Both the position numbers and the translations under genes were made by a program. A stretch of DNA of 64,000 bases from Amphiscolops sp. MND2022 (lineage: Eukaryota). The notes under the pieces were generated by a model that did not search any database, was not told the DNA's origin, and saw only the letters and a list, made by a program, of their open reading frames with translations. Positions 23,720-34,326 of this stretch are shown here, in pieces. The stretch covers positions 40,240,001 through 40,304,000 of the forward strand of contig OZ076409.1 in NCBI GenBank assembly GCA_964187785.1, given 5' to 3'. Position 1 is the stretch's first letter. Each line of letters opens with the position of its first letter.

Positions 23720-26700
23720 TCAGGACTTAGTGGAGGAATCTTTACTGGGACTTCCAGCAACAGAAGAAGTGGACGACCTCGAACCGCTCCTACCCCTCTT
23801 TCGCTTTTTGCTGCTAGGGAACCTCACAGCAGATTGGTCACCCACAGTACTACTTCCTTCCAGATCACCTTGCGCTGAGGCCCTTTTCGGAGCTGAATCG
23901 GCTTTACGATGGGTGGCTAAGAAGGACTTATATATTTTTGACCGACCAAAAATGTCTGTGTAAGTCCAAGGGTCGTACTCTGGGGAGAAGGCAGCGCGTC
24001 CAAAAGACGCAGCGAGGGCAGAAAATTTGGCAAGGCTGGAATCTTCACTGCTTCGAATGACGGAACCAGCAACATTGGCCATGTAACTCTGACAAGGTAA
24101 AACCAGGTCAGTGAATCGGTTTTGCCCTCCAGCAGCGGTGACATCTCCAAAGACGACAACGGTTGTACACAAACAGCTCAAATTAAAGAGGTGCAAAAGG
24201 TGAGAACGCTCGTGGAGAAACTCGAGCCCCATCAGGAACTCGATCAGATCGGCTGCCACGCTAGTGATGTCAAAGCTGGAACCGTAGGCAGTCCGGAGGT
24301 GGTCTAGTAGCTGAATGTATTGGTCTCGACACAGAGACCTGTTCGAATCATCGACCCAGGATCGAAGCGCAAAGGTATTGTAAAGCACGTCAAAGTGCCG
24401 CAAAGCCACATCTATCGGCCTCTTTAGCATAATGAAGGGATCAAAGGCTGCTAGTCCCTTCACGAGATTGGTGCTGAGCCCAGTCCTCTGGAGAATTCCA
24501 TTAATCAGGAACTGAATGTATTGCTGGCTGTCCTTGACGAAGTCAGCTTTCACTGTCTCAGCAGTAGCTAGGATGGCGGCCCGTTCAGTCTTCTGGCTGA
24601 AATGGAAACCCCCGGCCCTTGCCTTGCACGCAGTTGACACCTTGTTGGTCATCTTGAGCCGGATCAGGTACTCATCCCCAGGTAGGAAAGTGCCCTCGCT
24701 TGTCTGGAAACGGAGGAGGAGAAACCAGGCATTAGCTACAGGGGCAGTGTCTGGGGTTTAGATGCGAGAGCAGAGCAGGCTGAGGAAATGGCTGACCTCC
24801 CTGCATAGGTAGAAGGACGAATCACGACAAAACTGCAGGCTCACTGAGAAACTGGTCACGACTGAAAACAAAACTAATGTCCAGTTCAGGACAACTTACC
24901 CTCACCGGTTTTATAACAAACTATACTTACAATCACTGACAATTTTACTGAAGAACTCCAGCTTGACGATGCAGAATTCGTCCCATATCAGTGACCATTC
25001 AAAGCTTTGCACCTGGAACAAACCAACATCAATCCAATAATTGAAAATGGACCTTAGATCAGCCAAGTGAAGAAGGACGACTTGAATTCCTATGGGTTAA
25101 AGTGGAAAATGAGGAAAATCTAATCCTCCCTCTAGATCCTGAACCTTCTTGCAGAGGTGCATGGGTAGTGAGGTACCAAACCACAGACTTCCATTCGACG
25201 ATGAGTTCCCGACAGAGGATGGGTAGAGTTGTCACATCGAGTTTACAACTGGTTATAGCCTGGAAATAGCAAACGGATCCAATTATACACGTTGGACAAA
25301 TGAAACATTCCCTACCTAGGCCCTATCCCTCCAGTGGAAATTCTGTGAAGAAACTACTTACTTTAGTGAGTTCTGGACTACGAATTACCCAGTCTTCCAT
25401 GAGGGATCCGCCCAAAGAGACCATCAGAGCTTGAAGGACGGAGAAGAAAGCGATCTTTCTGAAGACACTGTTGCTGGTCTTGCGCATGAGTCGTGACAGG
25501 GAGAAGTGCTCGAAACGTAAGCAACTCTGAACCCCCTGGTTGTAATACTCTGACTCGTCAATGGCTCTGGGTAGGTCTGGGTGACATCCGGAACAGGCAA
25601 CTATTCCGGGTTTGGTGGACACGGCAGAGAGGATCCGGGAAAGGGACCCCAGTTCCCCGGTCACGTCAGTAGTGGTTCGAGAGCTTCGGCAAATGAACAC
25701 TCTACAAAGCTCGGAGCCTTTCCAGAACTTGACAGACATATGCTTGTAGACTCCAACTGTCTCAAACTCAAGGGAAAAGCACTGTTGGGAGTTGACTTGC
25801 TCTGCTATGTCGTCAAGGCAGCAGATGAAGAAGTGCTGGAAGATTGCCTAGGGACAAAACCCTTTTTAAAACCTTAGCTGGAACCGGCAATAAAGAACTA
25901 AAACAAACTGTACTAACCGACAATCTCTCTTCCCCCCAATTAAAGTCATTGAAGGTGGCTTGGTGATTGGTGAACGACCCCACCCGGGACCACAGATTGC
26001 GCAAGACCATCATATCATTCCTTGAGTCTTAATGAAGTCTCCGACCAGACAGAGTTGGGTCCTGATGCGGGCTTCTGGAGTGACTAGGGCAGTTGTGAAC
26101 CCTTTGACGAAATCCTCGTAGAAAGGGAATCGTTTTCCTATGTCCACAAGTTCAACGTTCTTGAATTTGGGCAATTCCTTAGCCAGTTCAACTTGGTCAG
26201 AAGCTTCCCATTGCCGCCACGGACCCGGTGCTGCGTCTTCCCAGTAATTGGGCCGGTACTTCGCAAGTGTTCGTAGCGCCAGCGCTGGTCTCGTCGAAAA
26301 TGACGCTCTGTCCGGTGGTGTCAGAGTATCTCGTAGGGGCCTTTGGACTTGATGGAAAATTTTTTCTTACAGATATGACACCAAACCATATGAGGGTTAT
26401 GGAGCGGGTCAGCTGGTCCAGAAATGAAAGATCTCGTCCATCCGATTTTAGAGAAGAATTCCTTTCGCATGGGGACACCTCGTTTAGAAAGATTCTTGTT
26501 GCCTTTCTTCTTCCTGGACTTGGACGAGCTGGCAGTGGTTGCACACAGGGCTTGATCTCTGACCTCAAGCAGTGTGGCATCTTGACTACTGTACTCTGGC
26601 GCGTCAGTCTCTGTGTCTTCTTTGACGTCCTGGCTCGACGATTGAGGCACTGGGGCATCTTGGACATTAGTAGTCATCTTGGAAGATTGGGTTATTAAAT

Positions 26701-27911
26701 CCATTTCGGTGGCACTATCAGTCTCCCCATAATACGAGGAATCACCGGTTTCTCCAGAACTGGATACCTCCGTGTTTTCGCCCCTTAGCGTAGCTTCTCC
26801 TTCAGTGTCACTTCAACTGGAATCTTCTGCACTACCGGGACCTGGGGTTTGTGCGCGCCTGCCTGAGTAGAAGTGCCCAGTTCTGGATGGAGCAACAGTC
26901 GGTTTACCTCGGACTGCATCAATGACCATGCGTTCCATAGTCGAAAAGGACCTTCCGAGGGTCTCATCAGTGAGGACTCCAAGAAGGTGGAACACCTGCG
27001 GCTCAGTGAAGGTGACGGTGGTTTGTCCTACTGGAAATCGAGTAGAGGGAGGTTCGTCGAAATACTCCTTGAGGATCGCTCGACTTCTTCCGGAAAGGTG
27101 CGGAGGCTCTTTCTGGATTGTGCCTTGTCCGGGCGTCTGCCCACTGGTGCCGGGAACCAGAAGCTTAGGTTCGGTCTCGTCTCCCCATTCAGTTTCAGAG
27201 GCGTGAGAAAAGGGATGACAACCATCTAGGGCTACTGGAACGATCACGCTGGACTGATCAGTTGCACCTTCGTCTCCACTGGGGTCAGTCAGATATCGGA
27301 CCTTGAATTCTCCGCCAGGGAGAGGGGGAGCGTCGCCAACAGAGGATGCTACTTCAGTGTCCTGTTGTGCGGGTGAAATGCCACCCGTGTTGTTGCCTGG
27401 AAGGTCAACAGTCCACAAGTTCAGCCAATTGAGAATCCGACGTCTCTACCACTCGGAGGGCAGACTCTAGAGCAGACTGATCAATATTTGGGGTTTCTCC
27501 TTCATTGACTGAGAGTGGCGTGCTTGCTCTTCTGGTCCCTGCAGTAGGCGAGGCAGGAGGATCTCCTTGAGTACTTGGGACAATATCCTGAGCTGGCTCT
27601 ATTTGCCCTGCTCCTCCCTGTGGTTGGTCGGGCACTTGTGCTCCTTCTAGCTTGCGTACCATGTTTTCCGCGTATGCAGTTACATCTGGGTCACTATCAG
27701 CACTGTGTGTAGAGGTGACGTCATCTGCTCGACTGCGTGGCGTTTCTTGGGATGGAGTCGGGTATTGGACTTGCCTACCCTGCTCAGTTGGGGGATTGAC
27801 TGTTGGAACATTGATAGGAGGGTCGGCTGGTGTGCTGGCAACTTCGGTTGACTGATTCTCTAAACGAAAAGAGATAAAGTTTGACGGTATGCTTCCTCGA
27901 AAAGAATCCAT
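23720..27911 (-). pseudogene. E2 antisense multi-exon accessory gene: disordered N-terminus, C2H2/BED-like finger, hAT-transposase-like body
   Basis: VWCHICKKKFSIKSKGPYEIL(R)HHRTERH finger. GT-AG introns at 25848-25917, 25260-25361 and 24862-24930; removing them gives near-gapless alignment to the E3 antisense protein. True start uncertain. Confidence 0.8.
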
Positions 27912-28968
27912 ATTACCGCGTTAGAAATCTTCCGGAAGTGTTTCAGATTTGAACAAAATGTGTTGTCACGAACCTATTAGTGGAAACAGGAAGCGCTGTA
28001 TGAAAGAAGTCTAGCCTTGATCAAGCTAAACTAGTTCAATATGTGAAAACTGAACCAACTTGTAATTGAAGACATGTTTCTCCAGTACTGTTAACCCAAC
28101 TCGAAGAGTCTCGTACTAGCTGGCCGGAATCGTGGAGTTGTGCCAATCTCGTTAGAAGAAGAGGGGAACCAGGGATTCTCCGAAACGAGGAGTTGTTAAG
28201 CGCAAGAGAGATGGTGACGTAAATAGACTGGTGCCAATTGAAAGGATATGGATGGGAAGACAAAAAGAAAATAACCAGAATCGAATCGGAATTAAAAGTA
28301 GATAAGAGAATTGGAATGTTGGAGTTCGTGGCTGAAGAGATTACCAGACTAATACTATATAATTACTTACATATTTAAAATTGTGCATGGAGTCTGCCAG
28401 CGAAATGTACAGAAGATCTTCGTTGTTTACAGTTTACTTAGTTAGTGGCCGATTATGGCCGTTTGCCTTACTTTGATTTGCCATTTTGTTCCGTTGCCCT
28501 AGTTACCCTTAGTTAAAAAATTTGTCATTTTGAATCATTTTAGTTAATTTTTTCGCCATTCTATTTATTCATTTTTCATTCTATCAATGGGAGTGTCTGA
28601 TTGGCTGAAGCCATTTTGAGAAAGTTTTGCGACGCATGCCGTTAATTACCTTCGAGCTGACGTTAATTACCCACTTGAAACGGGTGAAGTTAATTTTTAC
28701 AACTCAAGCGTCGTTCACACCTCTCATAGTGATGGTATTGATGAGCGGTAAACACTGAATTATCAAAGGATGCCGACTAATTATGAAATTCCGTTCAGGA
28801 ATGTTTATGCCGGATTAGGACGATTTACCGAAGACTCAACCGCCAAAACGAATTGCCGGGGAAAAGCCCGACTTGGCCAAATTCTCGAGTTGGTGAATTC
28901 ATTCCACCTTGAAATCTTGATCAAGCCAGTCGACTTTCCTACTTAACGAAATTGCTAAAAAACTGATA

Positions 28969-29757
28969 ATGCAAAGATACAACTTGACTAAAAAGCTCTT
29001 CGACTTTGAAGAAGAAGAATCAGAAAGCTCAACTAACTCAGTGATCTACATATCTAGCAATAGTGAAAATGAAGCTTCAAGCTCCTGGGATTCAGACTGG
29101 TCCACAGATACGGAGGCCATAATAGACAGGATCGAGCGAGAGGTTAAGGCAGTCACAACCCCTATTGCGGGGCGCGGGATGACGACGGAAGACTCAAACG
29201 ACGAAATGGTAGCGGGGCCCAGCAATGCTCAGCCTGTTCCGCCCTCTACCCCCATGCTGGGATTCGAATACTTCAACAGAGAGATGTGCCTAGCGCCGTC
29301 TAAGAAACAGAAGAAATCGAGAGTCGAGCTTTGTACTACAGTGCTACCTGTCTTGGAATCTCCACTGTCTCCTCCTGATCACGAGAGAAGACCCAGTATT
29401 GACACCCCTCTTGTACAGCCGGCCTCAGGGACCTTCTACGCTTCATACCATGTGCAGAATATCAAGCCATACCAAAATATCAGTGAGAGTCTACACACAG
29501 GCTGTATGGTATGTGGTAAATCAAGGGATCAGATAAAAGAAGAAAAGATCAACTGGTATATGGAGAGATCGACGCCCAAAAGTGAACTCGCCTACATCAC
29601 CGCATTACGACGAGAAGCCTACTCTATTGGTTTGAACGCAGGTAGTTTACTTTTCCTAACATCCGCAGTGTCGCAGGCTGCCGCCTGTGACGGTACTAAA
29701 ATCACGACGACATCAGAAGGGCAGGAACTAGCGACCGGTACCCTACCAATCTATTAG
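28969..29757 (+). CDS. E2 ORF-X, 262 aa, acidic N-terminus plus CxxC domain, ends 89 nt inside the 3' LTR
   Basis: Uninterrupted ORF with SSWDSDW and GCMVCGK. Homologous segment in E4. The C-terminal SQAAACDG is also encoded at the start of E5. Confidence 0.8.
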   Translation: MQRYNLTKKLFDFEEEESESSTNSVIYISSNSENEASSSWDSDWSTDTEAIIDRIEREVKAVTTPIAGRGMTTEDSNDEMVAGPSNAQPVPPSTPMLGFEYFNREMCLAPSKKQKKSRVELCTTVLPVLESPLSPPDHERRPSIDTPLVQPASGTFYASYHVQNIKPYQNISESLHTGCMVCGKSRDQIKEEKINWYMERSTPKSELAYITALRREAYSIGLNAGSLLFLTSAVSQAAACDGTKITTTSEGQELATGTLPIY

Positions 29758-31536
29758 AGAGGTAAACATTCAAACCTCAAACTTTTATCTTATTCTGTTA
29801 GGTTTATGAGTTGAATTTGTTAATGTTGCTAAATTTTCATTTAATATATACTTTTGCCAGTATTAGTCTGATAAGGCCAACAATCAAAAGGCTCAGATGA
29901 TCTGAATAAGGCCATTTGCCTGATCATTATCCCTTGTTGCTAGAGCCAACCGGACAGTGGCCGGTTAAGGCTTCTTTTCAAATCAAAAGCTCAGAACGAG
30001 TTCAAGTGAACGAAACTCCAATTCCGGGACGTCACTTGAGCTCATCTCGCTAGCCAATCACATTCATTCATTCCTGCAGTACTATTGCTGTTTTTATTAA
30101 TTGGCCGGTTAAGGCTGCATGACGGAACTCCGCTTTCATTACTCGGTGCTTTGGTCAAACGGCCGGTTCCGGCCGCAAAGCAATAATGGAAGATGCATAG
30201 CTTAATATCATTGTACTTTGTTAATGATAGTATAGTTGTGCTTTTCTGGTTAAACGCTCATTTTAGTAATTTGGCGCTTTGTTCTAATATTTGGCCGATT
30301 AAGGCCATTTCGTACTCTAAATGTCATGTATGGTTGTGATTGCGATGTAAACACTCATGTAACTCCCTAAATTAATTAGTGCAATCAATATTAGACTATG
30401 TTGTTGCTACAAACACCGGTCTGAAAGACCTATCCGGTTATGCCCACCAGTTAACATGTACAATCTGTGGCCATATCAGATAAAGATTAACATGTGCAAT
30501 AACATGTAATACTGTTGCTTACTAGCCAATTCTGTCTGCTAACGGGGCACGTGCCGACACGGGATTGTTAGCATTCCCCGAATATTAGCGGCTTGAGTAA
30601 TTTATTTGATGATAATTGATGCACTGCGTGCCTTTCAAATGTTTACTAGTGTCGTCGAAACAAGAATTTGAATGGCCGCGTGATTTTCCTGATCACATTT
30701 CAGCGGCACTTTGATGCTCATATAGCTGTGTAAATCAGGTGCTTCCGGAATGTAGTCATTACACTTTTTAAGTATTTGTACTATGTATGTCACGCCCGAG
30801 GCAGTATATATAAGAGCTACTCCCTTGGGTAGACACAATTTTGTTCTGCTCCTTAAAATCAGTATGTAAATTAACCTTCTGTTACAAACCTCCAAACAAG
30901 ATACTATTTCCTGGTGTTAAATAATTAATTATCTGACCAGGTTTGTTTCAATGCCTACAACTAGAAAACAGAAGAAAGCGAGAAAGTCAAAAGGACTTGA
31001 AATGTTGTCAGATATCAAGAATTTAGATATTATGTTAGGTGAGAATCACTTTAATGCAAGGGAGAGAGAAAGTAGTTTAAATAGCAATTTGCCCAGGAGA
31101 TCTAGAAGCTTTGCGAGCAATGAATCCGAAAATGAAGATGGAGACATAGGTAGAAATCAGAGAAATGTTAACTCTAGAACAAATTCCGAATGTGACCGAA
31201 ATTCAGTTACAGGCAACTCTAGTGCTGAGATAAACAGGTTGTCAAGTGAATTAAATTCTCGTATTTCACGAGAAATGGACGAGATGATGAATTCTGTGAC
31301 TGTCCAGATACAAAGGGCCATAAGTGATGCGATAAGTACTCAGGTGCTTCCTTAAATCCAAAATGATATTATGGCCGGATCAGGACACGGGACCAGAAAG
31401 GGATGGGACGTTCCGTCTGAGAGGCCGGAACTAAATTCCGAAGTTCAGTGAAATCTAAACGCAAAGAACAACTTGAGAAATGAACAGGATGAGAACCAGT
31501 TAAACAATGATTACCCTGATCTGAATGTTCGTGACA
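29669..31536 (+). repeat. E2 3' LTR (1868 bp) with second copy of gag N-terminus (30951-31536)
   Basis: Direct repeat of 15224-17166 with substitutions and one internal block rearrangement. Confidence 0.95.
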
Positions 31537-31785
31537 TTTGCCGTAGCTTCTCACGCAGTTGCGGTGAATGTGGCGTTTTACAAAACACACATGGAGCTAA
31601 AATAATACGGAATTCGGAAGAAAGAAATGTAGTTGTAAAAAAGAAAGAAAGGAAGTAAGAAAAGTTGATTTGATTGGAATCATAACATAAATACCGAAAC
31701 ACATTTAAAATTAAACAGAAGAAACCAATCTGGACAGGAAAAGATCCTATTGCCTCATCAAGATCCTGCCTTGAACAACCAATTT

Positions 31786-31873
31786 TTTTGCATCAATGAT
31801 TGTCTATAAAACTCCCAAAATCATGCTAATTAGCATGATTTTGGGAGTTTTATAAACAATCATTGATGCAAAA
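31786..31873. repeat. 88-bp spacer-less palindrome centred on CTAATTAG
   Basis: 44-bp arms with one mismatch (31804/31855). Confidence 0.95.
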
Positions 31874-33220
31874 TATTTCCCTGATGCAGTGCTATTTCTT
31901 CAGGTATTTATTAGGATTTCTATCCAATTTGTCGGGTTTTCAGAGCACATCAAGGAATTTAAAGAACAAAGTCCACGCAAAATTTTGCAGGTTTCCGCGG
32001 GCAAAACCTCAATTTGTATACGCACAGACAGATGATGTAAACAAATAGTCAACGAGTGCCTTGTGGCAAAAAAATTCGTAATACTGAAATGTGATGTGTT
32101 CTGTATCCAATATAAGGGTTCTGTGTTTCGTTTTCCTCAAAACAACCAACTCCGAAAGCATTTTTGGACTATGATTTTGCATAATTTTAATTTGTAGATC
32201 TTCACTAGTTTTTAATTTTTAATATTGATTGCAATTCAGTTTTTTAACTCTTTTATTAGGCTGAAGAGATGATGGCCTTTTTGAGAGAAGTGAGATTAAA
32301 AAATACGAAAGATTGCGTCCTTTTCAGGATTTTTGTCAAGGCTTAGTGGATCTTTTTCTAAGTTTCTAGAAAGTGCAGGAAAGTTTTCCAAGATTTTCCA
32401 AGATGCAGGGAAAGTTTTTAAAAATTTTCCATGCAGGGTCTCTGAGTTTTCAATGTTTTATCAAAAATTAGCCTGCATTTCATTCATGTGTTTACAAATT
32501 TTCACGGCATTCTCAACTAGGGTAGCGAGGCGATATTTCTTTCCAGCTTCGCTCGCGAGAGATTACGTATTCATCTCAGAAAATACAGAATTTACTGCAG
32601 AGTTGTTTTATTCAGTATTCATTCAAAGACATGTTTCTGTTCGAAGGCTTTTTATGCATTGAAATCTGTTGAATTTTGTGAGCTTTCTCATAGCTAATAT
32701 TTGCTTGACACTTCGTCTACCGAAGGTTAGCTGCATCATCGGAATCATCGTCTATTGATCTTACCCGCTGATCAAACACTGCCTCAATTTGACCAACTTC
32801 ATAAAGATGGACAATCCTTTGCTTTTGGACAATTTTTTCATCTTTTAAATGTGGAAGAGAGAAAAAGGTTGTATTGTCTCCAGGTTGTTTTTAATTCAGA
32901 TCATTCAAGCGTTTCGTTTATAGACCCTTCTGAGTGCTCGTGTTGATAGTCAAAACCCATCTTCCAAATAGATATATTCTAAACATCAAACTCATTTCGC
33001 AAATTGCGTTTCAGAAACGCATATTGTTTCTTTCTTTTTGCAACCTCAAGGAAACATATTGGAGTCGCAACATCACTGAAAAACCTGCTTTTATTTCGCA
33101 TTCTCATGGTAATTAGATTGTTCAATCGATTGCTTTAATTTAGTGTCTCAATGTTTTTTTTGAATAGATGAATACCTCCAAAGGTTACAACGAATACATT
33201 TTACAAACTCATCAGTCACC

Positions 33221-33791
33221 ATGAAAAATTTCTCTGATTCATTCAAATTTGTTGAATCTGTAACCGTGCAGAAACGTGAGTAAAAACACAAAATTATGTA
33301 AAGTCGCTATTCCCAAGTGCCATCTAATTTGTTTTCCGCTTTTCTGCCTGTGCTTCACCTTTAAATTTCAAGAATCAATTTCTTCCATTTGTAACGACAG
33401 GCACTTGCCGTCGCTTCTCCGTCAATGAAGTCGGAGAATCCCATGACATGGGTCTTTGCCCGGTACAGGCGCCATGCCAGGAGCCCATTTTGCCTCCTGA
33501 GGTAAAAACAGTGCCGTCAGGAGGGAAATTTTATCTCTGAGGAGCGTTTGCCAGCTTGATCCAGTCTGTAATTGCTGTCGATAACGTTAATTACGCTTTT
33601 ATTAACAAAAGAGCTCGACTATTACAGTCAGTTGTTTTTTTCTTTATTTTCAGACCGACTCGAAGCGACGAAAGTTTTATTCACTTTGTTCAACTAAACG
33701 AATACCTGGGAAACGCATCTTAGTTATCCCAAAGGGTCACTCATTTCCCCAAGGGAACACTCCTGTTTTCGAACCTCCGCCTCATCCTTAA
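33221..33791 (+). CDS. Tentative 3-exon small host gene, 97 aa (33221-33275, 33401-33501, 33654-33791), unknown product
   Basis: CACC-ATG start; donors GTGAGT and GTAAAA; acceptors ..GACAG and TTTATTTTCAG; phases join into one open frame. No recognisable domain. Confidence 0.35.
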
Positions 33792-33859
33792 TTAAACGCA
33801 ATATAGTTAGGATATAACGTCAAAAGTTCGGATATAGCGCTTCACTTCGGATATTACGA

Positions 33860-34143
33860 GGCTCCGTTTTGACAGCTGATCTTTTGCTCATTTTTTCCAT
33901 TTTTTCCATTGATCTTCACCGGCACTCCCCATCTGCACCATGGGCACAAACAAGATGAAACAAGACGGATCGTCTAAAGTCGGCACTATATCTAAGGCTC
34001 AAAAGTGCAGTGCCTTAGATATAGTGCCGACTTTAGACGATCCCGTCTTGTTTCAATTTGTTTGTGCCCATGGTGCAGATGGGGAGTGTCGGTGAAGATC
34101 AATGGAAAAAAATGAGCAAAAGATCAGGTGTCAAAACGCAGCC
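33860..34143. repeat. Long inverted repeat (~135-bp arms, 13-nt spacer 33999-34011)
   Basis: 33860-33998 versus 34012-34143. The inner ~45 bp of each arm is the terminus of the dispersed repeat also seen at ~39915-39963. Confidence 0.93.
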
Positions 34144-34326
34144 AGCTGCAGAGAGCGCCCTAGTGTCAGTAACGGTCCCATAAGAAATAAATTCTGAAAA
34201 CATCAGCAAGTGGAGGATGATTTATAAAACAGGTCATCGCATCTCAATTTTATTGAACGTCCAGACAGAAGAAAAAGGTGTTGATTCTAAGGTAAGTTGT
34301 ATTCGAAGGATTGTCAAGTTCATGAC

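Larger units (their letters stand above)
15224..31536 (+). mobile_element. E2: full-length 16.3-kb Ty3/Gypsy-type LTR retrotransposon, degenerate
   Basis: Direct LTRs TGTCGC..TGACA. Perfect 5-bp TSD TTTGC (15219-15223 and 31537-31541). PBS, gag and PR-RT-RH-IN present. Confidence 0.97.

Noticed and set aside
25878..25917. Shorter 40-nt intron using the CCAG acceptor at 25878
   Set aside because: The 25848 acceptor gives a gapless match to the E3 protein; the 25878 acceptor would add 10 residues with no counterpart.
23720..29757. env gene in the post-pol region
   Set aside because: The long gene is antisense and looks nuclear (zinc finger, basic tail). ORF-X lacks a signal peptide and a clear transmembrane segment.
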